From assembly GCF_964188315.1 (NCBI RefSeq), contig NC_135667.1, positions 55,428,001 to 55,492,000 on the forward strand: a stretch of DNA of 64,000 nucleotides, in the 5' to 3' direction. The DNA comes from Podarcis muralis. Its lineage: Eukaryota. The notes under the pieces were generated by a model, which had not been told where the DNA came from, made no database searches, and saw only the letters and a list, made by a program, of their open reading frames with translations. This document shows positions 62,388-64,000 of the stretch, piece by piece. The translations under genes were made by a program, and so were the position numbers. Every line of letters begins with the position of its first letter. Positions within the stretch are counted from its first letter, which is position 1.

Positions 62388-62740
62388 GGGGATGTGGGTG
62401 GCGCTGTGTGTTAAACCACAGAGCCTAGGACTTGCAGATCAGAAGGTCGGCGGTTCGAATCCCCGCGATGGGGTGAGCTCCCATTGCTCGGTCCCTGCTC
62501 CTGCCAACCTAGCAGTTCGAAAGCAAGCCAGTGCAAGTAGATAAATAGGTACCGCTCCGGCGGGAAGGTAAACGGCGTTTCCGTGCGCTGCTCTGGTTTG
62601 CCAGAAGCGGTTTAATCCTGCTGGCCACATGACCCGGAAGCTGTACGCCGGTTCCCTCGGCCAATAAAGCGAGATGAGCGCCGCAACCCCAGAGTCGGTC
62701 ACGACTGGACCTAATGGTCAGGGGTCCCTTTACCTTTACA
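62388..62740 (+). mobile_element. Full-length Sauria SINE inserted in the L2 tail
   Basis: Consensus-like body; TSD tatataaat(a/g)aata with 1 mismatch. Confidence 0.93.
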
Positions 62741-64000
62741 TATATAAATGAATAAATAATAGAGAGGTCATGGTTGATTTGACCCTCACTGGCGCAGTGA
62801 ACACACAGAGAGTGATAGGAGCAGCATTCTTGTTTTGTTAATATTTTATTTCCCATTTAGGATGTGTAATATTTTACTCCCCAGCACTGGAAACCTCTTC
62901 TGTTTAAAGGCAGCTTTTCTGGCCCTCTTAGCCATGGGGGGAGACAATTGCCTACAAAAGCTTCAGGCTGCTCATTCATCCTAACTGACTTCATTTAGCA
63001 CTGAAATTGTTCATGGTGACTTCTGGCACTGGCTCTGGGTTGTTTGGGATGAGAATTAATGTAGAGGTTTCTATACCTACAAAGCAGGTACATTTATCTA
63101 GCGCAATTGGCTTCCCTTCTTGACCCATATAGACTTTGCCATTTTCCCAGGGGCCAGGCATTTCCTATTATAACAGTTGACAGCTCAACACAGTTGAGAA
63201 AGGTGCTGCTGTTTGAGTGCAGGAGGTGAGGCCTGTCTTTTTAGACTGTTTTATTACTTTAATTTCTAGCCTGGAGGAACTAAAATAAATATTTAAACTA
63301 ATATAAAAATCAGCTGATGAAAACAGATTCTGAAAGCAATGCCTAAATTGATTCAGCATCATAAAGAAGACCAAAAAGTAATCTATCAAAAGCCCAGCGG
63401 AATAAAAAATGTAACCCACTACCTAAAAATATTCAAGGATGATATTCAGTAGGTATCCTTAGGAAGAGAGTTCCAATGGAAGGGAGGGGGCCATAGCTGA
63501 AAAGGCTCTGTTCACAGTGCTTTCCAAGCTGACATCTTGGAAGTCATAGATTTTCCTCTTCACTGGAATAGATGTATGCAGTCTATGCAACTGAAGTCAT
63601 CAAGCATCCCAAACTATTTTACCACTACAAATTGCCCTACTAGCAGCCATTACCATAAACAGGGAATGACTGAATTGGAAGGAGGCCTGGTGGTAACCTA
63701 GTCCTGCACCCTGCAAACAGATAAAGAATATTTCTTTTTAGCCAATTAAGAGAGAGAATTAACAGGGTTAACCAATATGCCAGTGTCAGCACAATGTCAT
63801 ACATGGATGTATCATAATGCAGACATACACATTATTTGGTGCAGAGGATGATATTTTATATGCTAAGCAGCATATTCCATAACCTCTAAACTTTTTTATG
63901 TGACTGTTGAATATATAGATTTTCCCCCCTTAAAATGACAATTTTCCCCCAGGGGAAAGGGGGGGGGGAATCTATCTTCCCCACAGCTTCAGAATTTCCC

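Noticed and set aside
63314-63335. CTGATGA...GAAA hammerhead-like core (also CTGATGA at 7254)
   Set aside because: No complementary stem II or flanking stems.
63453-63461. Second GTATCCTT U12-like donor
   Set aside because: No upstream exon or TPPP-like coding sequence; likely chance.

Overview
Squamate reptile genomic DNA, most likely a lacertid lizard (it carries Podarcis/POM-type Sauria SINEs). Two protein-coding genes lie head-to-tail on the + strand. The first is ZDHHC11 (DHHC palmitoyltransferase): seven in-frame coding exons were traced from 9885 to 21524, and the terminal exon is unresolved. The second is TPPP (p25-alpha): CpG-island promoter at about 26.6-27.5 kb, first coding exon at 41883-42193, and no later exon found in the window. 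The rest is intronic or intergenic and rich in transposons: Sauria SINEs, L2, CR1, RTE and BovB LINE fragments, TA-flanked Tc1/mariner-type MITEs, 8-bp-TSD hAT MITEs, a solo LTR and two related LTR-like elements without target-site duplications. The clearest non-obvious signal is that ZDHHC11 intron 1 is a minor-spliceosome (U12-type) intron with a perfect competing U2 donor inside it. No new protein-coding system could be supported from the sequence. Gene and family names come from recalled sequences, not database searches.
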